A stretch of DNA of 63,019 bases, filler included, from Raillietiella orientalis (taxonomy: Eukaryota): the NCBI GenBank assembly GCA_036172245.1. It is 14 parts of 14 records of this genome, joined end to end, with 100 filler letters (N's around TTAATTAATTAA, not from the genome) between each part and the next. Parts side by side here need not be neighbours in the genome. Positions count along the whole stretch, not along the records: positions 1 to 4,681 come from JAYWIR010000337.1; positions 4,782 to 9,353 come from JAYWIR010000339.1; positions 9,454 to 14,018 come from JAYWIR010000340.1; 11 more parts are not named here. One strand, 5' to 3'. Every line of letters starts with the position of its first letter. Positions within the stretch are counted from its first letter, which is position 1. Shown piece by piece: positions 1 to 10,355 of this stretch. The notes beneath the pieces are model-generated. The model did not search any database. It saw nothing but the letters and a program-made list of their open reading frames with translations, and was not told the origin of the DNA. The position numbers and the translations under genes were made by a program.

Positions 1-1342
1 CGAGTTGTGCGCCGCCATGCGTGCGCGCAACTTGGTCAGCTGACTCGTTCTCCAATCCCCGATCTTCTCCGTTTCGGCGATCTGGAAAGTAACCTTCCAT
101 TGTGCCGCGACGTCACTGCAGAGATGTTCCCTTAGGGTAGGCAGTACCGCAGCAAGGGAGGTTCTTTGTGCCCACGCTCTCCTTCTGGGATCCTCGATGA
201 TTTCTCGGAGCGTGGGGTGGGCGTGCGGCCCGAACAGAGCTATTCGCTCGTGTTTGCGGGCTCCGCTCCTGAGTGATCGCCCACGTGCGGACGGTTTCCT
301 GCAGCCAGGCAGGACCGTTCGAGGGGCGTACGAGGATCCGCTCGGAGTTGATCTTCACGAGCTTGGCCGCCCTTCGAAGCTGAAGTCCGCAGTGGCAGAT
401 GTGGCTTCGGAGTGAAAGGTAGGACGAGAGTCTCGCATTGCCAGTGGCCCGCTCGACGAGGAGACGTGTAGGGAGGCACCAGGCGGTGCACCAATTTTTG
501 GCCATAAAGGCAACACTCCGGAACTGAAGCTGAAGCTCCAGCCGCTCCAGCGTCAGGAGGCCAAGACCGCCGTCGCGATGCGGAGCGCAGAAGTCCGCGA
601 GACGGACTCGGGGCCTCTTTCTGCCCCAAAGGGCGATCCTCAGGAGGTCCTTCGTCCTCTTCTTTGACTCCGCTGAGGGGGGGCAAACAAAAAGCAAGGG
701 GCGAAGGAGGGGTGCCGCAAACGCGTTCCACGCAGCGGCCCGTTACTGCAGGTAGAACCTGCCGTCCTGGAACGAACCGATCGTCGCCTGAGCCTTCTGA
801 AGGCAGCCGGACCACGCTTCCGCAGGGGAGTAGTCCCCCAACGGCACACCGAGGTACTTGAAGTACCTCACCGTGGGGATCCCCAAACGGACCCAGTCCT
901 GCTGCACTGCCCACCCCGCTCTGACTGGCACTACGGACGACTTCGCCCTGTTCACCGTCAGTCCTGTTCCCGGACGCAGCAGGTCCAAGAAGTCCTCGAC
1001 CGCCGAGGCCGGGTTGGACATAGGCAGCAGCAGCAGAAGGTCGTCCACGTATACCGAAACCGCAGGCCTACCGGGACAATCCCATGGCAGGTGCGCCAGA
1101 GTCTCCCTGTACGCTCTCAGCACCAATTCGAAATAGGCGCTGAATAGCGAGGGACTGAGGCTGTCTCCCTGCCGTACGCCGTGTCGCCTTGGTACGCCGT
1201 ACACGGTGGATACACTAAAAAACACATTAATAAGCTCGTCGCGGCAGCTGGAGCGCAGGTGGGCCAGCAAAGAGTCCGGAAATCCCAAGCGTTCAAAAAG
1301 CTCCAAAAGGAGATTCTGGTCCACGCAATCGAATGCTTTGTG
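1..1342 (-). mobile_element. L1/Tx1-like ORF2, RT 3' half (family F), interrupted at HKAFD by element A
   Basis: ORF 743-1324 has GVRQGDSLSP, YVDD and FKYLGV; ORF 113-697 has RDGGLGL. Closely similar to the element at 38225-41006. Confidence 0.9.
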
Positions 1343-1360
1343 AAGTCGAAAGCTTTACGT

Positions 1361-2756
1361 CGGCTAGAGCGGACGTGTTTCCCCGGTGCTCCTCGTGCCG
1401 GGAACCTTCCCATGTGTAGGCTCCGTGTGTGTTGGTGGTGGATTAGGCAGCAATGCCTGACGCGACCACCAGTACGTGTCAGGGGGCGGTGGCAACGTCG
1501 CCTCTAGAGAAGGTGGAGTGCCAGGAGGCGGCGGCAACGTCGCCTTCAGTGGCGAAGGAGGTAGGGGCGTCCGCTCCCACAAAACCGGTCCCCGCTGCAG
1601 CGCGGGCGTGGAGCGCCGTCGTGTCGGCGCCATCGCCTGCAGCCGCGGCGGAATTATCTGCCTATGTGGAAGAGGGGTATAACCCATCACTATTCTACAA
1701 GGTAGGAAATTTGTATTCTGCTGAGAGTGCGCGCGCCTTTTCGAAGGGGATGCGCGCTCTCGATGTTAAAGAAGAGGAGCTCTGCGCTATGACCATTCGT
1801 AGCGGGGGGCAGTACGTAGAGGTGATCTGCAAACATGCAGATCTGGCCCAACGTCTGCTTAAAACCCCCGTGGTCATGGGGACACGCAGGCTCCTTCCCG
1901 TTACGGCGGACCAAAGTATGGTGGTCCATTTTTTAGGAGTTACCGCGCGGATGCGGAAAGAACAGTTACGCGCCGCGTTGGGAAAAGAAGGCACGGTCCA
2001 AGCAGCATGGACTAAGCCTAGTCCTTTCGAGGACTATACCACAGTTCAGTGCGGCCTCACGGCTGCCCGTGTAACCGTTCGGGAGGGCTCTACCCTTCCC
2101 CACAAACTGGTGGTCGGTGGAGAAAGCGTCGACCTCTGGTACGTGGGGAAGCCCAAATACTGTGGCTTCTGCAACACGTCGGCACACCTCAAAAGGAGGT
2201 GCCCCAACGTACGGTGCCTGGTATGCGGGACAATGCGCCACACGAAGGAAGTGTGTCCACAATCCGCTGTGCGCGTGGTTTCCGCGAGGAACCTAAAAAA
2301 ACGAGCGCGGCTGCTTCAGAAAAAACTGGCGGCGAAGGCTGCCGCTCAAGCTGTGCCACCCACTCCCGTGGTCCAGGCCTCAGCCGACACCCCGACAACG
2401 AATGCCGAAAAGATTGACAAAAGCGGTCAGGTGTTGGAATGGCAAGAAGTCACAGCGAAAAAGAAAAAAAAGTCGAAGAAAGAACGACGAATCTAAAAAA
2501 AGCTCGCCTACCAAAATAAAAAACAGCAGGTTAGCGAGAATTTAAAAGAATGCAGCGTCGTGGTGGAACGCGTCCCCGCCGAACGCCGCAAGGTAGAAAT
2601 CGCTGGTACCGACGAGCAACCCACTGTTGAAAATGTCAACAGCGTGGGGAGCGAACCGGCGGAAGCGTCCGTCATCGAGACCGTGATCGATGACGCCGCC
2701 TTCGAGCGTGCGGCGGAGGAGCTGGCTGCATCGTTGCAGCCAGACCCCTTTAAGGC
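1361..2756 (+). mobile_element. L1/Tx1-like element family A: 5'UTR + ORF1, interrupted by element B
   Basis: 5'UTR GGACGTGTTT... and ORF1 are shared with the copy at 34672-36578. Homology to that copy stops at 2756. Confidence 0.9.
1453..2496 (+). CDS. Family A ORF1 (gag-like nucleic-acid-binding protein), premature stop at 2494-2496
   Basis: Two CCHC knuckles, CGFCNTSAHLKRRC and CLVCGTMRHTKEVC, followed by a lysine-rich tail. Homologous coding sequence continues past the stop. Confidence 0.8.
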   Translation: MPDATTSTCQGAVATSPLEKVECQEAAATSPSVAKEVGASAPTKPVPAAARAWSAVVSAPSPAAAAELSAYVEEGYNPSLFYKVGNLYSAESARAFSKGMRALDVKEEELCAMTIRSGGQYVEVICKHADLAQRLLKTPVVMGTRRLLPVTADQSMVVHFLGVTARMRKEQLRAALGKEGTVQAAWTKPSPFEDYTTVQCGLTAARVTVREGSTLPHKLVVGGESVDLWYVGKPKYCGFCNTSAHLKRRCPNVRCLVCGTMRHTKEVCPQSAVRVVSARNLKKRARLLQKKLAAKAAAQAVPPTPVVQASADTPTTNAEKIDKSGQVLEWQEVTAKKKKKSKKERRI

Positions 2757-4681
2757 CAGTTGGAGAACGTGTTTTTACTTCACTCCTCAAAGGGTAGTAG
2801 GAAAGCGCTTTCTTGAGTGTGGTGTTTTGTGTACATCGTCGGTGTCCAATGGCCACGACGCCAGAGGACACCGCGATAAAGGTGGGAGGGGGGGAGGCTA
2901 GTTCGCCCCCACAGCCTACTGGAGCAGCGGCAGCCGCCCCGGAATCATCCCCAGCCACGCCGAGGACATGGAGCGCCATGGTGGCCGCGCCCAGCGCAGA
3001 AGCCATGGCGGAGATGGCCGCATACAAGGCCTCCGGGTACAAGCCATCGCTTGTCTACCAGGTAGGCAACTTGTTCGACGGCCGGACAGCGCGCGCCTTC
3101 AGCAAAGCGTTGAAGGACGCGAATGTCACTGAGAAGGATCTGGACGGCCTCTCCGTCCTCAGCGGCGGGCAGCGGGTCGAGGTGGTCTGCAAAGATGTCA
3201 CCCTGGCTCACCGCCTAATCCATGCGCCGCTGAACGTAGACGGCCGCAAGATCCTGCCAGTATCAATGGACCGCTCCGTGGTGGTCCACATGACTGGCAT
3301 CACCAGCCGCATGACACGGTCAGCGGTTGGTGAGGTATTGCGGAAATACGATGAGGTGCACGCACTGTGGCCGAAACCCTCCATTTTCGACAGCTTCGAT
3401 AGCCTTTTTGGTGGGCAGGCTGCAGCGCGGGTCACCGTACGGGAGAATTGTTGACTTCCCCACAAACTACAGGTGGCGCAAGAAAACGTCGACCTGTGGT
3501 ATGTAGGGAAGCCCCGGTATTGCGGGCATTGTGATACCGTGGGACACCTACGTAAAAGGTGTCCCAATATACAATGCCGTTTGTGCGGGGAGCGGGGCCA
3601 CGTTCGGCGCGTGTGTCCCAAACGCCCCACCCCGGTTCCCCCTGCCGCGAAAAAAGCGCAGAGGAAACGTGCTTCAAAGGTCTCTAGACCTAAAGCAGAA
3701 AAGGGCCAGCACAAGCTGCCAACACCTCAACCTCCGAAGCGTAAGCCGGAGGATAAATCTTCTGAAACGGTGGAAGGCGAAGAGGGATGGCAGCTTGTAG
3801 AGGCCAGAAAGCCGAGGAAACTCCCACCCGCGGTGAGCAAAGAGCGCAAGACGGCCGGTAAGCCGAAGAAATCCGGTCCGTGCTCGAAAACTTTGCGCGA
3901 GTGCACGGTGGCACTGGAACGAATCGTCGTTCCCGAGATTGCCACCCGGAGCGTCGATCCTCCCCTTGCCGTTTCCGCTGCGCCCGAGGCTCGCGACGGC
4001 GAACCCTCTGTTTGCACAGAGGGAGAGCCGCGCGAAATAGCGACGGTCGAAGCCGAGGACGCCGCGTTCGCTCAGGCGGCGGAGGAGCTCGCGGCCACGC
4101 TGACCGAGCGTGAGAACCCCTCGCGCAAGGCCGTGCGAAGGCCGGCTTCCGCGAAAAAAGCCCCCACAGGTGAGTTGGACCTGGGAACCGGAAGCACATC
4201 CTCCTCCTCGGAGGCACCCCCCAGGAAGTCGAAACGCAAGTCCCAGAAACCCAGGAGGCGCCTCCCCTCCACCAGCGAGGAGGAGAAGCAGGATGTTAGC
4301 GGTAGCGTGGGAATCCCGGAGGGGGAACTCCCACGCTCGGCAGCCGTCGAGCCGGTCACCCCCATGGAGGAGGGTGAACAGGGGGGCGAAGTCCTCCCTG
4401 CAGTCGCCGAGCCTGAGCAGCCCGCCCCCATGGAGGAGGGCCAACAGTTAGGCGCGACCCCAACTGAGGGTGACCCGCTAGACGCGCCGTTACTCATGGA
4501 GGAGGGGGACCAGGTGCACGCAGCGCCTGACCCTCCTCCTCCACCTAGCGTCCCGCCTTAACAGCTGGCGGACGCCGCATGGAGCCCCGAGCGGTAAACA
4601 GGGATACAGCGACCGCACCAGGTGGCTGGAATCCCTGAAGCGCGACTGGCTGGCGGCCACGAACGTGCGGAAGGCTCACCT
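2757..4681 (+). mobile_element. L1/Tx1-like element family B: 5'UTR, ORF1 and deleted endonuclease start
   Basis: Begins CAGTTGGAG as at 52791. After 4580 it jumps into endonuclease sequence, an internal deletion relative to the copy at 41107-41590. Confidence 0.9.
2849..4561 (+). pseudogene. Family B ORF1 with in-frame TGA at 3452-3454
   Basis: Starts MATTPE. Knuckles CGHCDTVGHLRKRC and CRLCGERGHVRRVC. ORFs 2813-3454 and 3473-4561 are in the same frame. Confidence 0.85.
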
Positions 4682-4781
4682 NNNNNNNNNNNNNNNNNNN
4701 NNNNNNNNNNNNNNNNNNNNNNNNNTTAATTAATTAANNNNNNNNNNNNNNNNNNNNNNNNNNNNNNNNNNNNNNNNNNNN
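4682..4781. other. Artificial contig linker (N44-TTAATTAATTAA-N44), 13 copies
   Basis: Identical 100-nt spacer with stops in all six frames. Other copies start at 9354, 14019, 18572, 23119, 27649, 32151, 36579, 41007, 45433, 49853, 54263 and 58651. Contig lengths fall from 4572 to 4269. Confidence 0.98.
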
Positions 4782-5240
4782 TCACCGCCGCGGGCGGCAC
4801 CCTCGGCATCGCCGCCGCAGGAGCGACCTTCCCCGCCGCGAGCACGACCTCCGCCGTCGTCGCCGCGGGCACGACCCTTGGCATCGCCGCCGCCGGCGCA
4901 GCAAAGCCCGCCGCGGGCGCGATCCTCGGCATGCCTCTCGCAACCTCGCCGTTGCCGCACGTTACCTCCATGGCTTCCATGGGGGACGATGGCCTCACCA
5001 CTCCTCCAACTCCAGATGCCTGCATCCTGGCAGCTGTTCCGGCTGCTCGGGACGACTGCAGGATTTCCACCGTGGAATTCTCGGCGCTGCTGCTGCTGAT
5101 GATGATGGTCCCGGGTTGCACTCTTTCCACACTGGCGTTCACTCAAACACTTGCCCTCTCAGGGCACTCAAAAATTGCCTTGGCAGTGGTTTTAAACACT
5201 GCCTTGGCGGGGTATTGGGTATAGTTTTAAACTAGCAATA
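4782..5240 (-). mobile_element. Probable 5' end and N-terminal low-complexity ORF of an unidentified element
   Basis: Open frame with repeated AAAMPRV units, preceded by an AT-richer leader that abuts ORF1 of the + strand element. No diagnostic domain seen. Confidence 0.35.
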
Positions 5241-5244
5241 ATCA

Positions 5245-7697
5245 CGCCTCCCTTTCGTTCAGCGGCGGCGATACCGCCCGTGCGCAAGGCTCTCGCGATC
5301 GCTAAAGGAGTTGCTTAAGCCTGCGTGGAGGCAGCACTTCAAGAGGCAGCCAAGGCAACGCCTCTTACATCCGTGGGAGCAGCGCCATCTCAGGATGGCA
5401 AAGATAACTGCGACGCGAAGGAAGACGGCTGGATGCAGGCGAGAAAGATCATTCGAAAGAAACCATCAAGGTCTTCGCAGCTCTGTGTGAAGGTGAGTGG
5501 GCGAAAGAAACCCGCGAAACCTTCCCAGAAAAAGATTGCGATTCTTTCCTCCTGCGCAATCGTCCTCTCGCGGCTGGAGCGGGAAGCTGCTGCTGCGGCT
5601 AAGAGGACGAAAGTCCCAGGCGCAGTTGCAGAAAGCGCTAGGAAACAGGCAGCGAACGATCTCCCTAATTCCGGGAAACAGCAGCAGTGCCTGGCAAGCG
5701 CTCGACTGTCGGATTCCGATCCAGAGTCCGACAGAAAGAGCACACAGCGCGACAACCGCCCGAAACCGCGCAATCGCCTCCCGAAGATCCGCAAGCGCGT
5801 GGTTGCCGAGGAGAAACTGTTGTTGGAGAGCAAAGAGGAGGAAAAGGACCTCACCTCTGAGCTATCGGCAACAAGCAGTGCGGCTTCGAATGGAGATGTC
5901 CAGTCTCCGAGATCGACCGCTCTGTCTCGTGACGACTCGCCGGACAAGGCGAGAAATCTGTTCTCACCTTCCCAGCCTTAATGCAGGAAATCGTCTCTTT
6001 CCGTCGATACAGCGTAGCCTGTTGGAACGTCAATGGGCTGCGCAGGGACGGAAAGAGGCGCGACGTGTCAGACACCCTGCGACATTTCGATTTGGCGATC
6101 CTTCAGGAGATGCATTACATCTCCGATGAGGAGGTTGCCGAAATCGAACAGCGCGCGGGTGGCACCCTGTACTGGCGAGAAGGTTTTGCACAATCGTGCG
6201 GAGTCGGGTTTCTCGTTAATAGTAGGATGGCGGGAGCAGTGCGCAGCGTTCGATTCGACAAGGAAGGCAGAAGAGGCCAACTTGTACTCAAGTGATCAGA
6301 TTCAATCGACCTCGTCGTAACGAACGTCTACGCGCCGAGCGGCTTTCATCGGCGTGTCGAAAGAATCGAGTTCTTCGACGTGCTGAAGAGCCAATGGCTC
6401 AGAAACTCCGGAGCCAGAGTGGCGCATCTCGTCGCAGGGAACTTCAACGTCCACCTGCTTTCCAACGAGACCCGATCCCTGGCGGAACGGTCGCGGGTGG
6501 AAGAAGCATGCGCGTTGGTGCACGCGTGTAACTTGGAAGCCGGCGAGCCTGGACTGGAAAGGAACGTGGATCACCTCTACCTCGATGAACACCTACTCTC
6601 GCGAGTGGGAAGGAGAGGCAGGGTGCCGTCCACGTTATCGGACCATGATAGGCTGGAGTTCGAGCTACTCCCGCCTGGCAAGGGACCTCCAAACAACGTT
6701 TAAATTATGCCGGCGGATTGGCTGAGTCACCCGGAAGCGGCGAAGCATCTTCGCCAGTTCCTTTGCGGCTCTGCCATCCGGGAACTCGCAGACTGGGACC
6801 ATCTTAAAAGATCGGTTCGCGAGTTTTGCGACCGGTTCCCCCTGCAACTGCTACCACGCGGCTTCGGGGAAGGCGTGGCCAATAGCAGAGCATTTCTGCA
6901 GGCGTGCACCTTCTCGAGACGTGCGGAAGTCCGGCAACTCGCAGAGTACAAGGCGAGGGCCGAGCGCCAGGTCTGGCAGTCTGGAGCGGCTATTCTGCTC
7001 GACGACCAAGGCCGGGAATGCACGGCTCCTGCCGAAGTGCGGCGAGCACTAAAGCGTCACTTCTCCTCGCTCTACGCTAATTCCCCGACGGAAAGAGTCC
7101 TCTCCGAACTACTTTTGCCGCGGGCTGCACATGGCATCGGCGAGGAGGAACGCGATCGTCTCGACGAGCCCTTCACGTTGGAGGAAGTTTCTTCCGCCAT
7201 CGCAGGACTCAAGAGACGGGAGACGCCAGGTGAGGACGGACTGCCCGCGGAGTTCTATCAGAGCTTCGCGGCGGAACTCGCCCCACTGGTTCCTAGAATC
7301 TCGACGCTGATGAGGGTGACGGGCGATGTCCCTTCTTCCTTCCGCTCAGAAAGGGTGCGTCTCCTTCCGAAAGGAGGGGATCTGCGCCAACTCAACAAAT
7401 GGCGTCCGATCACATTAGTGAATAAGGACGTCAAGTTGTTTTCGAAGCTGTGGGTCACGCGCTTAGGGAAAGTCGCGGAGTCCCTGGTAAGCCCGGAGCA
7501 GTCTTACGCTGTACCGGGTAGATCAATGGATGCGAACCTTCTTTTCGCGCGCACCTGGTGGCAGCTCCAAGAGCGCGTTGCAGCGGATAGCCGAACAGCG
7601 GCAAGACCTTCTGCCGACTGCGTGCGCCAGTGCGAACGGACGGAAGAAAGGCCGGGAGCCTTGACACCAGCAGTAGATTTGCACAAAGCATTCGATT
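5245..7697 (+). mobile_element. L1/Tx1-like element family G: ORF1 C-terminus, APE endonuclease and RT N-half, broken at DLHKAFD
   Basis: Motifs ACWNVNGL, ILQE, AGNFNV, SDH, PGEDGLP, WRPITLVNKDVK and VDLHKAFD. In-frame stops at about 6293 and 6701. Confidence 0.92.
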
Positions 7698-7699
7698 TT

Positions 7700-9353
7700 C
7701 ACCCGGATTTCGCCGGGGCGTTTATTATAAAACAAACATCTACAAAGACGTGCAGTGGCTGGACCATTGCTCCAGCCACGCACGAAGAAACACAGAGCCT
7801 GCCGGGTCACCGGTTTGCAGACCGGTACGGTCCACCACGGCAGCAGGGGGAAGGGGGAAAAACAAAAAACAAAACAAAAAAGAAAAGAAAAGTTGGGAGG
7901 GTAAGGGAAGGGATCACAGTTGCTGGTGGGGCCGTTGCATCCTTTGCAGGATGCCGGCAAGCTCCTTCTGTATTTCTGAATCCAGGTGGGGCCATCGGGA
8001 CGCCCTCCTCTGGAACTGGAAGGCTGGCTGGATGGCACCCTGGTCGCGTTGTCCTCTCTAGGCCTTGCCCCAAGCGGTGACGATCCCGCGTAGGCAGCAC
8101 AAAGCTGCTAACGAGGCCGCTGGCCGAAGGGCGTCGGCAACGAAGAAGACTTTCAGTGCGTCCCTGGGGTTGCGGCAGGGGATTCCGATGGCCGCGGCAA
8201 AGCGAAACCAAAGGGGCCGAAGGGCAACACAATTGACTAGCAGGTGGGGGAGGGACTCCCGTTCCCCACACCTGACGCAATTGGGGTCCACCGCTCCCCA
8301 GGTCCAGTGGTGTCGGCGGGCGTTGCAGTGAAGTCCCCAGTGCTGCAACAGGAGAGCCGACTCCTGCCATTTTAAGGGGAGGGCGGAAGTGTTCATGAGC
8401 ACCGGGGGCCACTTCAGATGTTCAATGGGAACATCGAGCAGCGCGCCCCAACGCAGAAGTCCATTGGGAGGCGTACTCGGGGTCGCAGCGTCTGTTAACT
8501 GGCCCGTCTTCCACTCTCCTATCTTCTTCTCCTTTCCGGAGATTGTTACTGTAACCACCCACTTCGCCGCAACATCGCTGTCCAGATCTTCCATCAGGGA
8601 GGGCAGCGCAGCAGCGAGGGCGGTTCTTCCTGCCCACGCTCTCTTCTTTGGATCCTCCAGGATCTCGCGAAGCGTGCAACTTCTGTAACCCCCAAACAGG
8701 AACCTTCGTTCCTGTTGGGAGCGTTGCATGCCGAACTGTCCCCACGTTCGAACGGTTTCCTGTAACCAGGCACTACCGTTAAACGGGCGACAGGTGAGCA
8801 ATCCTGGGTTTTTCCGATACAGCGCAGCCACCCTCCTTAGCTGGAGTCCGCATCGGTTGACGCGGCGACGGAGTGCAAGAAACGACGTCAGTCCCGTCTT
8901 GCCGGTGGCTTGCTGGAGAAGGATACGTGCAGGGACGCACCAACAGGTGCACCACAACTCTGGAACGAGTGCCGACAATCGGAACTGGAGCTGAAGCTCC
9001 AGCCACTCCAGCATCAGGAGGCCCAGACCACCATCCCGACGAGGAGCGCACAAGTCCTTTAAGCGGACTCGGGCCCTCCCGTTGCCCCAAAGGGCGATAC
9101 GGAGGAGGTCCTTTGTCCGCTTTTTAATTCTCTCTGTAAGGGGGCAAACGAAAAGCAGGGGGCGGAGGAGAGGAGCCGCGAACGTGTTCCAAACCGCGGC
9201 CCGTTAAGGCAGGAAAAACCTGCCGCCTCGGAACGGGCCGATCGCCGTCTCTACTTTTTATAGGCAGCCGGACCACGCTTCCGCAGGGGAGTAGTCCCCC
9301 AACGGCACATCAAGGTACTTGAAGTACCTCACCGTGAGCATCCCCAAAGATCG
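7700..9353 (-). mobile_element. L1/Tx1-like 3' half with complete 3' end (family A', probably the 3' part of A)
   Basis: RRDGGLGL, zinc finger CVRCGERESLPHLLVNC, T-rich 3'UTR, AATAAAC + terminal hairpin ending at 7700. Confidence 0.92.
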
Positions 9354-9453
9354 NNNNNNNNNNNNNNNNNNNNNNNNNNNNNNNNNNNNNNNNNNNNTTA
9401 ATTAATTAANNNNNNNNNNNNNNNNNNNNNNNNNNNNNNNNNNNNNNNNNNNN

Positions 9454-9685
9454 CGGCGCGCTCTGTTGTTCTACGCGCGTACAAGGAGGAGTAATAGTCC
9501 CGCAGGATGCGGTTTATTCTCGCCGGTGCTGAGCATTCTTGGCCTTGGGCGTCCAGCAAGCTGGCCGACCCGGATTGCCAGGTCTGTCGCTCAGCCCCAG
9601 CTTTATACTCCGCCAGGAGTCGAACGTCGGGAGTCCTAGAGTAAAGACGGGCGTGGTGGTATGCCCGGTCGTTCCTCAGCCCAGC
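9454..9685 (-). mobile_element. ORF2 fragment (endonuclease-RT linker)
   Basis: Minus strand reads GLRNDRAY...EYKAGAERQTWQSGSASLLD...YYSSLYAR, homologous to the other ORF2s. Confidence 0.8.
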
Positions 9686-10353
9686 GTCCGCCGTACACCG
9701 CGCAGTCAGGAGCTACTTCTCCTCGTTGTACGCGGAGGAGCCCACGGAACGCAGTCTCCCCAAGCTGCTTCTTCCGACGGGCAACCCTGCTATCGACGAG
9801 GAGGAACGCGCCAGATTGGATTGGCCCTTCACGGCGGAAGAAGTATCTTCCGCCATATGCGGGCATGAAGAGGCGTAAGGCGCCAGGTGAGGATAGTCTG
9901 CCTGCTGAGTTCTTCCAGTGCTTCGCGGCGGAACTCATCACCCTTGTGCTGAGGCTTTGTGCGCTGATGCGAGAAACGGGCAATATCCCGACCTCGTTTC
10001 GCTCAGCAAGGGTGCGTCTCTTGCCGAAAGGCGGAGACATGCGCCATTTAAGCAACTGGCGTCCCATCACCTTGGTGAATGCGGACGTCAAGTTGTTCTC
10101 CAGGCTGTGGATCGCGCGCCTAGGCAAAATCGCTCGATCCGTGTAAGTCCGGAGCAGTCTTACGCTTTTCCCGGGCGGTCCATGGAGGCGAACCTGTTCT
10201 TCGCGTGCAAGTGGCTAGAGCTGCAACGTTGCGTCACGCACAACAGCTAGGCAACCGCATCTGCGGCTGCCGAGGCTAGGCGTCGCTGCATTCGGCCTGA
10301 GGAAGCGCCGGGTGCCTTGGAAGTCGGGGTCGACCTCCGCAAGCCGTTCGATT
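9686..10353 (+). mobile_element. 5'-truncated RT N-half (G-like family), broken at DLRKPFD
   Basis: KAPGEDSLP, LLPKGGD, WRPITLVNAD and GVDLRKPFD, with frameshifts. Confidence 0.88.
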
Positions 10354-10355
10354 TT

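Noticed and set aside
1371..1430. HDV-like ribozyme suggested by TCCTCGT in the family A 5'UTR
   Set aside because: No room for P1/P2 and no P1.1/P4 found by eye; a simple hairpin explains it.
4726..4737. Recurrent TTAATTAATTAA palindrome
   Set aside because: Artificial six-frame-stop linker inside N runs.
6707..8080. 457-aa RT ORF with novel C-terminus
   Set aside because: Read-through from the broken host RT into the antisense 3'UTR of the inserted element.
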